A stretch of DNA of 64,000 bases from a virus (IMGVR_UViG_3300009031_000368:32001-96000), one strand, 5' to 3'. Shown: positions 55,330 through 63,013, numbered from the stretch's first letter. Translations and numbers: made by a program. The notes: a model not told the origin generated them from the sequence alone.

Positions 55330-56066
55330 TACTTATCCGCCAACAGTTTAACCGATGTCGCCTGTTCAAGATCGTCACCGTTGAGATTCTTTAGCTTCTT
55401 TGCGCGCTTCAAGATATCCAACAGCTTATTGCGTGAAGCATTGTTCTTGAGCACTTCCGATACTTGACTGCCGACATTCTGTAACACTGAATCCTTTTGA
55501 GATTGCGTGTCCTCCAATGGAATCCCCATATTGACTTTTATCTCGGCGCTTGTTTGTAACAGTGACTGTGAAAGCTTCATCGCATTAGTTACGTTTGGAT
55601 TCAAAAATCCCATACTGGCTTCTTGTTCCATGGCGGTTTCAAGTCTTACAGAATTGAGCGCATGCATTTTATGCAATTCCGTCACTTCATTGATACCGGC
55701 TTCAAGTTTTGCCAGCGCTTTAGCAGCAAACTCTGGGAGATGATGTTGAGCTATTTCACCGGCTGGAATCTTATTCCGACGATACCATGACAATACCGAT
55801 GTCAATGAATCATGATCAATATGTAAATATTCTTGACAATCTTCTTGTATGTATTTAGCAATCACTGAAGGAGTAATCCCTGCTTTCAATCTGGATTCCA
55901 CTTCCGGCCAACATTTGATTCTCGTCAGCTTAGGTGGACTTTTTACAAGTTGCGGACGTCGCACGCTATTGGTAGCTGGCGTAACATCAATAACCTCGAA
56001 TCGCTTTAAATCGTCCGAATCATCGAAATCGAACACTGTCATCTCGATATCTTCATCTTCTGTCAT
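55329..56066 (-). CDS. putative terminase small subunit
   Basis: TAATG-coupled to terL; N-terminal HTH-like segment followed by helices. Confidence 0.5.
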   Translation of the reverse strand: MTEDEDIEMTVFDFDDSDDLKRFEVIDVTPATNSVRRPQLVKSPPKLTRIKCWPEVESRLKAGITPSVIAKYIQEDCQEYLHIDHDSLTSVLSWYRRNKIPAGEIAQHHLPEFAAKALAKLEAGINEVTELHKMHALNSVRLETAMEQEASMGFLNPNVTNAMKLSQSLLQTSAEIKVNMGIPLEDTQSQKDSVLQNVGSQVSEVLKNNASRNKLLDILKRAKKLKNLNGDDLEQATSVKLLADK

Positions 56067-56097
56067 TCCAATACTCCATAAAAATGTATCTACCTAT

Positions 56098-56126
56098 AAG
56101 TTATTGAAATTCAATGTTAATGTCAA
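56098..56126 (-). promoter_or_regulatory. possible promoter for the packaging operon (TTGACA-17-TAACTT)
   Basis: tgtcaa at 56121-56126; weak -10. Confidence 0.45.
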
Positions 56127-56182
56127 AAACAAAAAAGCAGATGACTGGTCGGCCCAATTACCGATTCAATCATCTGCTTTTT
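56126..56182 (-). terminator. intrinsic terminator-like hairpin
   Basis: 13-bp arms AAAAAGCAGATGA (56132-56144) and TCATCTGCTTTTT (56170-56182) with a U-tract on the minus strand. Confidence 0.7.
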
Positions 56183-56216
56183 ATCTAAATCAAAGAATGT
56201 ATATTAAAACTATCTA

Positions 56217-57095
56217 TCAGTAGTCGTCATCATTATCGGCAGACTGCTCTGAATCACTGTAATCAAGTGCGTCCGTGTATGATGAAGATAGAAGTTGTTC
56301 GTCGGTGGCATTTGAAGCAACCGCCGCAATCGCATCGATGGCATCTTCGCCATACACGACATCGACGCTGTTTCGCTTAAGGGCCAGGATCGTGATGCCA
56401 AAGTTCTCTTCAAGACTCTTCAACAAGTATGGTAATCCGTCCAAGTTATCGACACCGGCATTCAGGGCAAGGAAGTTGGTGCAGATCTGGTCAATCAAAT
56501 GTCCCGGCTTATCGGATTCTGCCATTTCGGCGGCTTTCTTTAAAGCCAATTCGACATTGTGAAGCTGCTCATCGGTTAGCTTGAAATTCTTACTGTTGAA
56601 CTTTTCACCTGTTGGAAGGTCGGCCGGATCAACATCGGCGTCAGGATCATCGGCCATCTTCTGGAGAGCACCACGAGCCAGTTCGAGAAGCTTTGGTGCC
56701 GATACCTGTTTGGCGGTTTCAACCCACTGGTCAACGTTATCTGGTGTAACGACGCCGATTAGATCCTTGGCCTTTGTCCAACCGATCGTCTTAACCTTAT
56801 CCATCACTTCCGGATTTCCCGCAAGCTTCACACCATAGTATGCCCACATGGAAATAAAATACTGTGCCTTACGCTTCTCAAAATCTAAATCGTTTTCCAC
56901 ATACTCGACAAAGTTTTCATACCCTAGCCTGGTGTAGAGCGCTTCCTGGTGAATGGTGTATAGCACTTCGGCCAGATCAAAGTTCACACTATCGATGCGC
57001 TTCCTGCAATCCCGCGCCTTTTCACCAAAATCATGTGCGCGGATATCCTTTTCATCCAAAACCTCTACCTGTTGATCAACGTTAAATTCATTCAT
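56217..57095 (-). CDS. DUF3102-like helical DNA-binding protein, acidic C-tail
   Basis: L..I....LY..LGY.NF.EY....L.F..RKAQY.I and IGWTKA..L. Confidence 0.55.
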   Translation of the reverse strand: MNEFNVDQQVEVLDEKDIRAHDFGEKARDCRKRIDSVNFDLAEVLYTIHQEALYTRLGYENFVEYVENDLDFEKRKAQYFISMWAYYGVKLAGNPEVMDKVKTIGWTKAKDLIGVVTPDNVDQWVETAKQVSAPKLLELARGALQKMADDPDADVDPADLPTGEKFNSKNFKLTDEQLHNVELALKKAAEMAESDKPGHLIDQICTNFLALNAGVDNLDGLPYLLKSLEENFGITILALKRNSVDVVYGEDAIDAIAAVASNATDEQLLSSSYTDALDYSDSEQSADNDDDY

Positions 57096-57121
57096 CGTCT
57101 GTTATCTCCCATCATTTCCAT

Positions 57122-57394
57122 TTAAATAAAAACTACTTCTTTAATTCTAACTTCGGTAAGTTCTTTGCGCTTCATCAACTCGCCATAAACTTCGGCACGG
57201 CAACCTGCGGCCATATGGCTTCGGCAGATTTGTACCAAGGTCGGCCCATATGCGTTACAGCGAATTGCTGTAATAAATCCGCCATTACCCTCAACGACAA
57301 GCCTAAACGTCGCGCAGTCAGTTCCACTATTGGTTTCATCGAACAGCGGATCTTCAACCGTTCCAGAAACCATTACATGATTCATACCTCTCAT
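57122..57394 (-). CDS. ssb: single-stranded DNA-binding protein (OB fold only, no acidic tail)
   Basis: MNHV.VSG.V.DP....T.SG...ATFRL, IRC.AYG, G.R.EV.G.L. Confidence 0.75.
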   Translation of the reverse strand: MRGMNHVMVSGTVEDPLFDETNSGTDCATFRLVVEGNGGFITAIRCNAYGPTLVQICRSHMAAGCRAEVYGELMKRKELTEVRIKEVVFI

Positions 57395-57442
57395 TCAAGT
57401 TACTCCGTATATATCACAAATATCAAAAGTTGTATCACTCAT

Positions 57443-57494
57443 GCAATTAATTGCACCATTGATTCATGATAAAGCATCTGTTACAGGCTGTCAA
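57443..57494 (-). promoter_or_regulatory. sigma70 promoter (TTGACA-17-TATCAT) with a GCAATTAATTGC palindrome just downstream
   Basis: tgtcaa at 57489-57494, atgata at 57466-57471, palindrome at 57443-57454. Confidence 0.75.
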
Positions 57495-57516
57495 TGGTAA
57501 AAGTGTTTTGATTGCA

Positions 57517-58044
57517 TTAAATTGATGGTTTGATTGAATCGGTGACTTTATCGGCTTGAAGAACTGTATCTTGAACTTCAATATCTGATTCAACAGTAAC
57601 TACAATCATCCGGACGCCCGGATTTGTTCCATATCTCTTACTGATTGTAATATTTACGACCTGATTATCATCCTTAATGACTACACCTTTTATTGCGTCC
57701 TCGACAAGTTTACAAATATTAGAGCAGTCAGGAGTAACTATTGGTAAAAGCTCATGTTTTAGCGCGGCCTCGTGCTTCTTTTTAGAAAATGAAGTCGGTA
57801 TAGGGAATGTCGCTTCTATCCGGATATGAACCGCGCCAACATATGGTGGTCGTACCGTCTCACCGTTCTGGTACGCTGTTGCCGCATAGAATCTCACTTC
57901 AGCCTCACGGCTCACCGTTTCTGGATCCGCGTATGTTGACACAAATTTTCCGACACGTCTAAATTTTGGAGACTTCTTTCCTGCCGGTTTCCCTGGAACA
58001 AAAATATCAATCAATGTTTGCTGCAACTGATGGCACTCCTTCAA
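57517..58044 (-). CDS. rusA: RusA-family Holliday junction resolvase
   Basis: VPG.P..K..P.F, PD..N..K..EDA..G....DD.QV....ISKRY. Confidence 0.88.
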   Translation of the reverse strand: MKECHQLQQTLIDIFVPGKPAGKKSPKFRRVGKFVSTYADPETVSREAEVRFYAATAYQNGETVRPPYVGAVHIRIEATFPIPTSFSKKKHEAALKHELLPIVTPDCSNICKLVEDAIKGVVIKDDNQVVNITISKRYGTNPGVRMIVVTVESDIEVQDTVLQADKVTDSIKPSI

Positions 58045-58417
58045 TCTCTATATCGCAATGTGTTATGATGAAACCATCATCGATAACGTTATCTGTTGTG
58101 GAACCATATCCGGATAACCTGGCGCTGATTGAATATATGGGCTGTCGTTGTTCAAGAATCTGATGTAAAATATTTCCTTGTGGTGTCGCAACAATTTCGA
58201 TATCTGCGACCACTATATCATCGTCATCAACACACATCTCCGTTACACGGTGTGATACTTCGCCCAGCTTCGAGTCTGACGCTGAACCAGTATAGATACG
58301 ACCATACATTGGAAATATTGCCCGGCCGATGGCACGTTCAACGACTTCTCTGGGATATATGTTGCCATTACGGGTTGGCTGGCCGGTTTTCATTCCTTTC
58401 ACATTACATATCTTCAT
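58007..58417 (-). CDS. prohead-protease paralog lacking the ELDHP His motif
   Basis: PTRNGNIY, VSHRVTE, EIVATPQGNIL and SGYGSTT align with the protease at 45475-48759. Confidence 0.75.
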   Translation of the reverse strand: MKICNVKGMKTGQPTRNGNIYPREVVERAIGRAIFPMYGRIYTGSASDSKLGEVSHRVTEMCVDDDDIVVADIEIVATPQGNILHQILEQRQPIYSISARLSGYGSTTDNVIDDGFIITHCDIEIEGVPSVAANID

Positions 58418-58941
58418 TTACTATCCCGGTGTTCTTTTCTAACCTGTACCAGTAATTGAATTTCTGGCTCAGACAATCCAGTATTCTCTCTAAGATAGAC
58501 AGCATATTGTTCGTCGTCATACCCGCGACTATTGGCATATGATGCAAGCCAAGACACTGTTGTTATTTGTCGCTCTCTCAATATTGAATCAATATCCTCA
58601 TCAGAAAACTTCATTATATTCTTTAACATCCATTGGCTCGAAAGCCTGTCGGCTGCTACATTTCGTTCGTTTTGCAATTTCTCGATTTGTGCATTATTCA
58701 AAACCAGATACTCCACAATAGTCTTTTTGAACTCATCTTCATTGAAGTCATTCATTTCAACATATTGTGCAATCAATTGCGCGGCCATGGTGATGCTGTT
58801 AGACATCTGACTAGATAACCATTCCGGTTCAGGAAATCTGTCACCGTCGATATCTTTCAATACATAATTCCGCATATCACGAACACGGCCCATTTGGATA
58901 TCGATCAATTCACTCATTAAAGTCTTAACGTCCATTATCAT
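58414..58941 (-). CDS. protein containing a portal C-terminal (crown)-like segment
   Basis: QIEKL...SSQWMLKNIMKFSDEDIDSILRER versus portal QIEAL...SLTWCLKNVMQFTDDEIVEIRKQR. Confidence 0.65.
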   Translation of the reverse strand: MIMDVKTLMSELIDIQMGRVRDMRNYVLKDIDGDRFPEPEWLSSQMSNSITMAAQLIAQYVEMNDFNEDEFKKTIVEYLVLNNAQIEKLQNERNVAADRLSSQWMLKNIMKFSDEDIDSILRERQITTVSWLASYANSRGYDDEQYAVYLRENTGLSEPEIQLLVQVRKEHRDSK

Positions 58942-59107
58942 TTCTCCTCTTAATCGCCATTTTTAAGTTGTTAAGATAATGCTTCGCCTGAACATCTGAC
59001 AGACTACCAACATCTATAAAGAATGCCAATCGTTCTGTAACCGGCATACGCTTCATTCTGACTTTTCCATCTGTTCCAATCGTCTTACAATATTTCATAA
59101 CTGTCAT
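58925..59107 (-). CDS. 60-aa protein containing a copy of the portal clip-region segment
   Basis: ERLAFFIDVGS identical to the portal, followed by A..Y.N.LK. Confidence 0.7.
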   Translation of the reverse strand: MTVMKYCKTIGTDGKVRMKRMPVTERLAFFIDVGSLSDVQAKHYLNNLKMAIKRRNDNGR

Positions 59108-59673
59108 CCCTTTCCATATCTGGCTTCAATCGCCAATCTGCCTAGCTCAACTTCATCATCTGACATCATCACGGTATCTGATTCACCAATCTCGTTATAG
59201 GTTATTGGAACCGGTGGGCTAAAAACATATCCGGCATCCCGTTTAGCTTCCGCCTCTACTTTTGACTGCAACTGTTTCAACAGATCTTTAATGGTCTCTG
59301 TTGGTATTTCTTTCATCGCTGCTTCAATAGCCGCTTGCGCCGATGCCATCTCTTCATCGGTAAACCGTCTGGCGCTATTGGTGCCCATCCGGCTCTCAAC
59401 CGTATACCATTTTGGTGTATCGGTTAAGCTGTCACCGGTCGTTGTTTCAGACGTTGTGCCATCTTCAAAGAATGACGCATCATCGATCATTGCACCATAC
59501 TTATGGATGCCGCGTAACGGTTGAAAAGAACATATCGGCGTTGCAACGATTCTAACATGACTGATCTGACTACATCCATGGATGCATCCACCTGGAATAA
59601 ATATTGGCCATGCACTGGTCTGTGTCGTTATCGGACATCCGCACCAACAATTACCTACGTTTTTACTCTCCAT
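59104..59673 (-). CDS. hypothetical protein with a terminase Walker-B-like segment; start corrected to MESKNV
   Basis: LRGIHKYGAMIDDASFFE versus TerL LLGRNVYGGALDEANFYE. Confidence 0.55.
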   Translation of the reverse strand: MESKNVGNCWCGCPITTQTSAWPIFIPGGCIHGCSQISHVRIVATPICSFQPLRGIHKYGAMIDDASFFEDGTTSETTTGDSLTDTPKWYTVESRMGTNSARRFTDEEMASAQAAIEAAMKEIPTETIKDLLKQLQSKVEAEAKRDAGYVFSPPVPITYNEIGESDTVMMSDDEVELGRLAIEARYGKG

Positions 59674-60157
59674 CACACTCGTCCTCTGATTGATCGCAAC
59701 ATTCAAATGTGTGACAGATGCTGTTGACATAAATATTACTTTTGCCTTTTTCTGTAATGATGTAAAAGCTTGGGATAGTCTTTTGTTCAAAGTATGCCAA
59801 GCGCATCGTTACACCTGTTTCTTGCTGAATATCGGAAATATGCTTCAATACTGTTTCAACATTAGGGACGACACGGAATCCAGTTAAACGGCTGTCTGGA
59901 TTAACGAAAGCATTCATGTCAACAGTATCGCCATTTTCTTTAAATGCGAAGCCATTAACCGACGAAACGACTACACTTGGAGTCCACTTTCTGAAAGTAG
60001 TGTGGTGCATGATATCACTGTGTTCAACCATACCGCCAAGCCTGTCTTCCAGACTATCCGACACATATGTTTCCAAGTCTTTAGTCACCCGAGCCACATC
60101 CATTTTCAGAACACCGATATCATCAATAATAAGGTTGACATCACTGACTGTCTTCAT
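59663..60157 (-). CDS. hypothetical protein, tandem paralog B
   Basis: SVNGFAF, VPN, ETGV and EQ.T shared with its neighbour. Confidence 0.7.
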   Translation of the reverse strand: MKTVSDVNLIIDDIGVLKMDVARVTKDLETYVSDSLEDRLGGMVEHSDIMHHTTFRKWTPSVVVSSVNGFAFKENGDTVDMNAFVNPDSRLTGFRVVPNVETVLKHISDIQQETGVTMRLAYFEQKTIPSFYIITEKGKSNIYVNSICHTFECCDQSEDECDGE

Positions 60158-60690
60158 TGTCCGTCTCCATTCGCAAACCAGTCTAAATCGTTAGACTCTT
60201 CAGAATCGCACATACAATTTTCACAATGGTCTTCATAAAATGAAACGTATAACTTATTACGTTCGCCATTCTTGTACACATGAAACCTGTTAACCGTCTG
60301 TTGTTCACAACGGGCAAGCATCACTTCCACACCTGTTTCTTCAGAAATTGCCCTTAAATGTTCCATAACAACATCATGGTTTGGCACAAGCCGTTCTCCG
60401 CCTGTTTCCTCTTGAAAATTAGGACCAATATCAATCGTACCACCATCATCAGTAAATGCAAATCCATTAACAGATGTTACTGCAACGTACGGCCTATATG
60501 GAAACTGAACGTCATGAACATCGCTATCCTGATAGAAATTATCTGTATGAAATACAGGCATACCGATTCTAGCATCCAATTGACTATCGATGTACTCTGA
60601 TAACTGCTGAATCTTTGTATCAATATCAAAACTTAGTGTGGCAGTCTGCCGGATTAATTGTTCCACTTCTTTTGCCATTACCATAAACAA
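60154..60690 (-). CDS. hypothetical protein, tandem paralog A
   Basis: Same shared motifs as paralog B. Confidence 0.7.
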   Translation of the reverse strand: MFMVMAKEVEQLIRQTATLSFDIDTKIQQLSEYIDSQLDARIGMPVFHTDNFYQDSDVHDVQFPYRPYVAVTSVNGFAFTDDGGTIDIGPNFQEETGGERLVPNHDVVMEHLRAISEETGVEVMLARCEQQTVNRFHVYKNGERNKLYVSFYEDHCENCMCDSEESNDLDWFANGDGQ

Positions 60691-60691
60691 T

Positions 60692-61033
60692 TTATCCTTT
60701 CTTAATTGTTTTTACCAAATTGAAAGATGAATCATATACCTTGGTGTCATCGTCAGGCTTTGAACCATACAATGCAACAAATACCGGACAATCGATTTGT
60801 CTCGATAGTTGTTTCAAATAGATTGAGTCACCAATAGCCTCATTAATCGAGGCATTCCTAGCAAAACATATTCCAACGACACCATTGTCATTCGCATATT
60901 TAATCGGAAATTTATATCCTATTGCACTAACAAGCTTATAGCTGTCGGTACGACATAGCGCATCATGTATCCGAGCATTCAAAAGCCAATCTGGCTTTCT
61001 GAATAGTATTTGTTTAATTGTCTCTTGTTTCAT
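60692..61033 (-). CDS. hypothetical protein, 113 aa
   Basis: Packed ORF. Confidence 0.65.
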   Translation of the reverse strand: MKQETIKQILFRKPDWLLNARIHDALCRTDSYKLVSAIGYKFPIKYANDNGVVGICFARNASINEAIGDSIYLKQLSRQIDCPVFVALYGSKPDDDTKVYDSSFNLVKTIKKG

Positions 61034-61045
61034 TTTGCAATTTAC

Positions 61046-62014
61046 CTACACTGAGAAACAAATATCTTCCAACTGACATTCCTTAGCTCGTGGACATGAC
61101 CTGGTGCCACATATGCGTTTTGGCAGTGGACCACCATCCAATCCTTCACGCAGCGCAATGATGTTGGATCTGATTTCATCGAACTGTTGTTGGTCTCTAT
61201 TTACGAATACTTCCAGCCAACTATCCTTAATGCTGTTGGTGCTCTTGTCCAGGAATACGAATCTCATCCTACGCCGGTTAGCGGTAGCTAGATAGAATTG
61301 CGCCTGAACCTTATACTTGTCATAAATGTCACCATTCCTGAATCCCTTCATGCTCCATCCGTTGGCTGTTTTGAATTCCCACATATCGGTAGGAATTGGA
61401 TGGAAGCCATCGGTGTGTCCATGAATCCCTAACTCATGGTCTACAAGATAAAGCTCCACATACTCGAACATAACCGGCACAACTTCCCATGCCTCGCCGC
61501 ATTGCTCGCACACTTTATTGGTATACGATTTATCGATTTCCGGATCCCGGTTACGCTTACACTCATTGTGACATTTTACACAAATCAACGTCCCTGACTT
61601 AAATCCACAACCATCGCATCCATCCGGCATAACGGTCGGCTCACTGAATGAACCATGAATCCTGTTACAATTGCTGCACTTCCATTGACCTGTCAACAGC
61701 TTTCGTGGGCCAAGGATTTCGTTCTGAAACACGTAATGCAATCCGGTTCCAATTGCCATCGCCCACTTAATGTCAGAACTCCATGGCTTGGTTCTGATGA
61801 TATCATGACGCGCGGCAAGAACTTCCTCCCTGGCACAGACACCACCTAATCCGCTCGCCCTGATATACGTACCTGATTTCATCGGCCGGATGGTGTCTTC
61901 ACTCTTTAGATTCTCAATACCCCAATCAACAAGCCTTACGTCTCGGATCGGGATGGTTGATTCTTCAACGGTTGAAGTATCCTTTTTTATCGACTTTATA
62001 ATATTGCCTAACAT
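61046..62014 (-). CDS. solo Cas4-like PD-(D/E)XK exonuclease with a multi-CxxC insertion
   Basis: RAS.LG.VC.RE, GT.LH, GHTDG, WEFKT, Q.Q.Y, C-terminal Cys cluster. Confidence 0.85.
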   Translation of the reverse strand: MLGNIIKSIKKDTSTVEESTIPIRDVRLVDWGIENLKSEDTIRPMKSGTYIRASGLGGVCAREEVLAARHDIIRTKPWSSDIKWAMAIGTGLHYVFQNEILGPRKLLTGQWKCSNCNRIHGSFSEPTVMPDGCDGCGFKSGTLICVKCHNECKRNRDPEIDKSYTNKVCEQCGEAWEVVPVMFEYVELYLVDHELGIHGHTDGFHPIPTDMWEFKTANGWSMKGFRNGDIYDKYKVQAQFYLATANRRRMRFVFLDKSTNSIKDSWLEVFVNRDQQQFDEIRSNIIALREGLDGGPLPKRICGTRSCPRAKECQLEDICFSV

Positions 62015-62021
62015 TTGTTTC

Positions 62022-62366
62022 CTAATCTGGCTTTACGATTACTTCAAATTCTACAAACCACACCAACCGACCTGTTCCGAATGCCGCTCCAGTTTTACGC
62101 TTTCCATCAAGGAAATCTTTAATGGCTTCATCACGCGACCTGTTGCCAAGCTGACGCGCCATAGTTTCAGTCAAATCCGTCAACTTAAGACGTCGTGTGG
62201 TTCTGATTCTTACAACGGCAAACGGACCATTCTTTTCAGAGACATGAAGCGTTTGAACACTTCCTTCCGGTAATTCTGGAACATCTGTCGGCCAAGATCT
62301 AAGAAAGGCATTAATTTTACCGGTCAATATCTGTTCTCGTTCTGTTTCATTATATACAATCGCCAT
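62022..62366 (-). CDS. ASCH/PUA-like domain protein
   Basis: IL.GK..A.LR, V.I......L.DLTE..A...G..S.DE, VW.VEF. Confidence 0.65.
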   Translation of the reverse strand: MAIVYNETEREQILTGKINAFLRSWPTDVPELPEGSVQTLHVSEKNGPFAVVRIRTTRRLKLTDLTETMARQLGNRSRDEAIKDFLDGKRKTGAAFGTGRLVWFVEFEVIVKPD

Positions 62367-62382
62367 ACCTTATCCATTCTGT

Positions 62383-62640
62383 TTAATTCATACATTCTTT
62401 AGCTGTATGTATCATTTCTTCTAACAACTGGTCAACGGTGACATATGGAAGCATACCGTTTAACTGCTCTTCCGTCATTTCCGGACTATATAGCATCACA
62501 ATCTCTCGTGCCAACATCCTTCCGGTATTCACACCAAGCGCATAACTTTCATGCTCTAAGCTGAACGGCTCTTTTATCCTGCTCACCGTTAATAGAAACC
62601 TGAATTTTGTGTATTCATCGTTATCCATCATCTCCACCAA
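62383..62640 (-). CDS. hypothetical protein, 85 aa
   Basis: Packed ORF. Confidence 0.6.
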   Translation of the reverse strand: MVEMMDNDEYTKFRFLLTVSRIKEPFSLEHESYALGVNTGRMLAREIVMLYSPEMTEEQLNGMLPYVTVDQLLEEMIHTAKECMN

Positions 62641-63013
62641 ACTTACTATAAAACAAACTCGCCGGGATCAGGAACCAATCCTTTTCAACGAGTCGATTGT
62701 CAAACGTTAATTGAATTGAAAGTGCCGGCTGTCTTCCGGCCTGTAATGCTTCCATGGTAATCTTTTCCAGCCAATCGGCTCTAACGGATAATGATGCTTT
62801 ATCGGTGCGCTTTGCTTCAATCAAAAACTGTTCACTCTTAACATCACCCTTAGCTCTGAAGTCTGCCCCGCTTAACGGTTGTCGTTTTGCTGAGTTTAGA
62901 TTGCGTGCAATCGATTGCTCTTGCCGCTTTGAATCGTCCTTGATTTTCTTGCGATCCACGCCACCTTCAAAACAGGTATTCTTTAGGCTTTTAGGGTTTT
63001 GAGGAAGTGCCAC
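62621..63013 (-). CDS. PD-(D/E)XK Holliday junction resolvase-like endonuclease
   Basis: QE..IAR, R.P.SGA...KGDV....FLIEAKRT, WL.KI..EA...G..PAL. Confidence 0.8.
   Translation of the reverse strand: MALPQNPKSLKNTCFEGGVDRKKIKDDSKRQEQSIARNLNSAKRQPLSGADFRAKGDVKSEQFLIEAKRTDKASLSVRADWLEKITMEALQAGRQPALSIQLTFDNRLVEKDWFLIPASLFYSKFGGDDG

Larger units (their letters stand above)
1736..62918. repeat. dispersed 12-bp palindrome GCAATYRATTGC, at least 15 copies
   Basis: Starts at 1736, 3042, 5466, 9465, 15823, 21044, 27211, 29794, 34530, 38496, 43084, 51420, 57443, 58769 and 62907. Confidence 0.92.
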
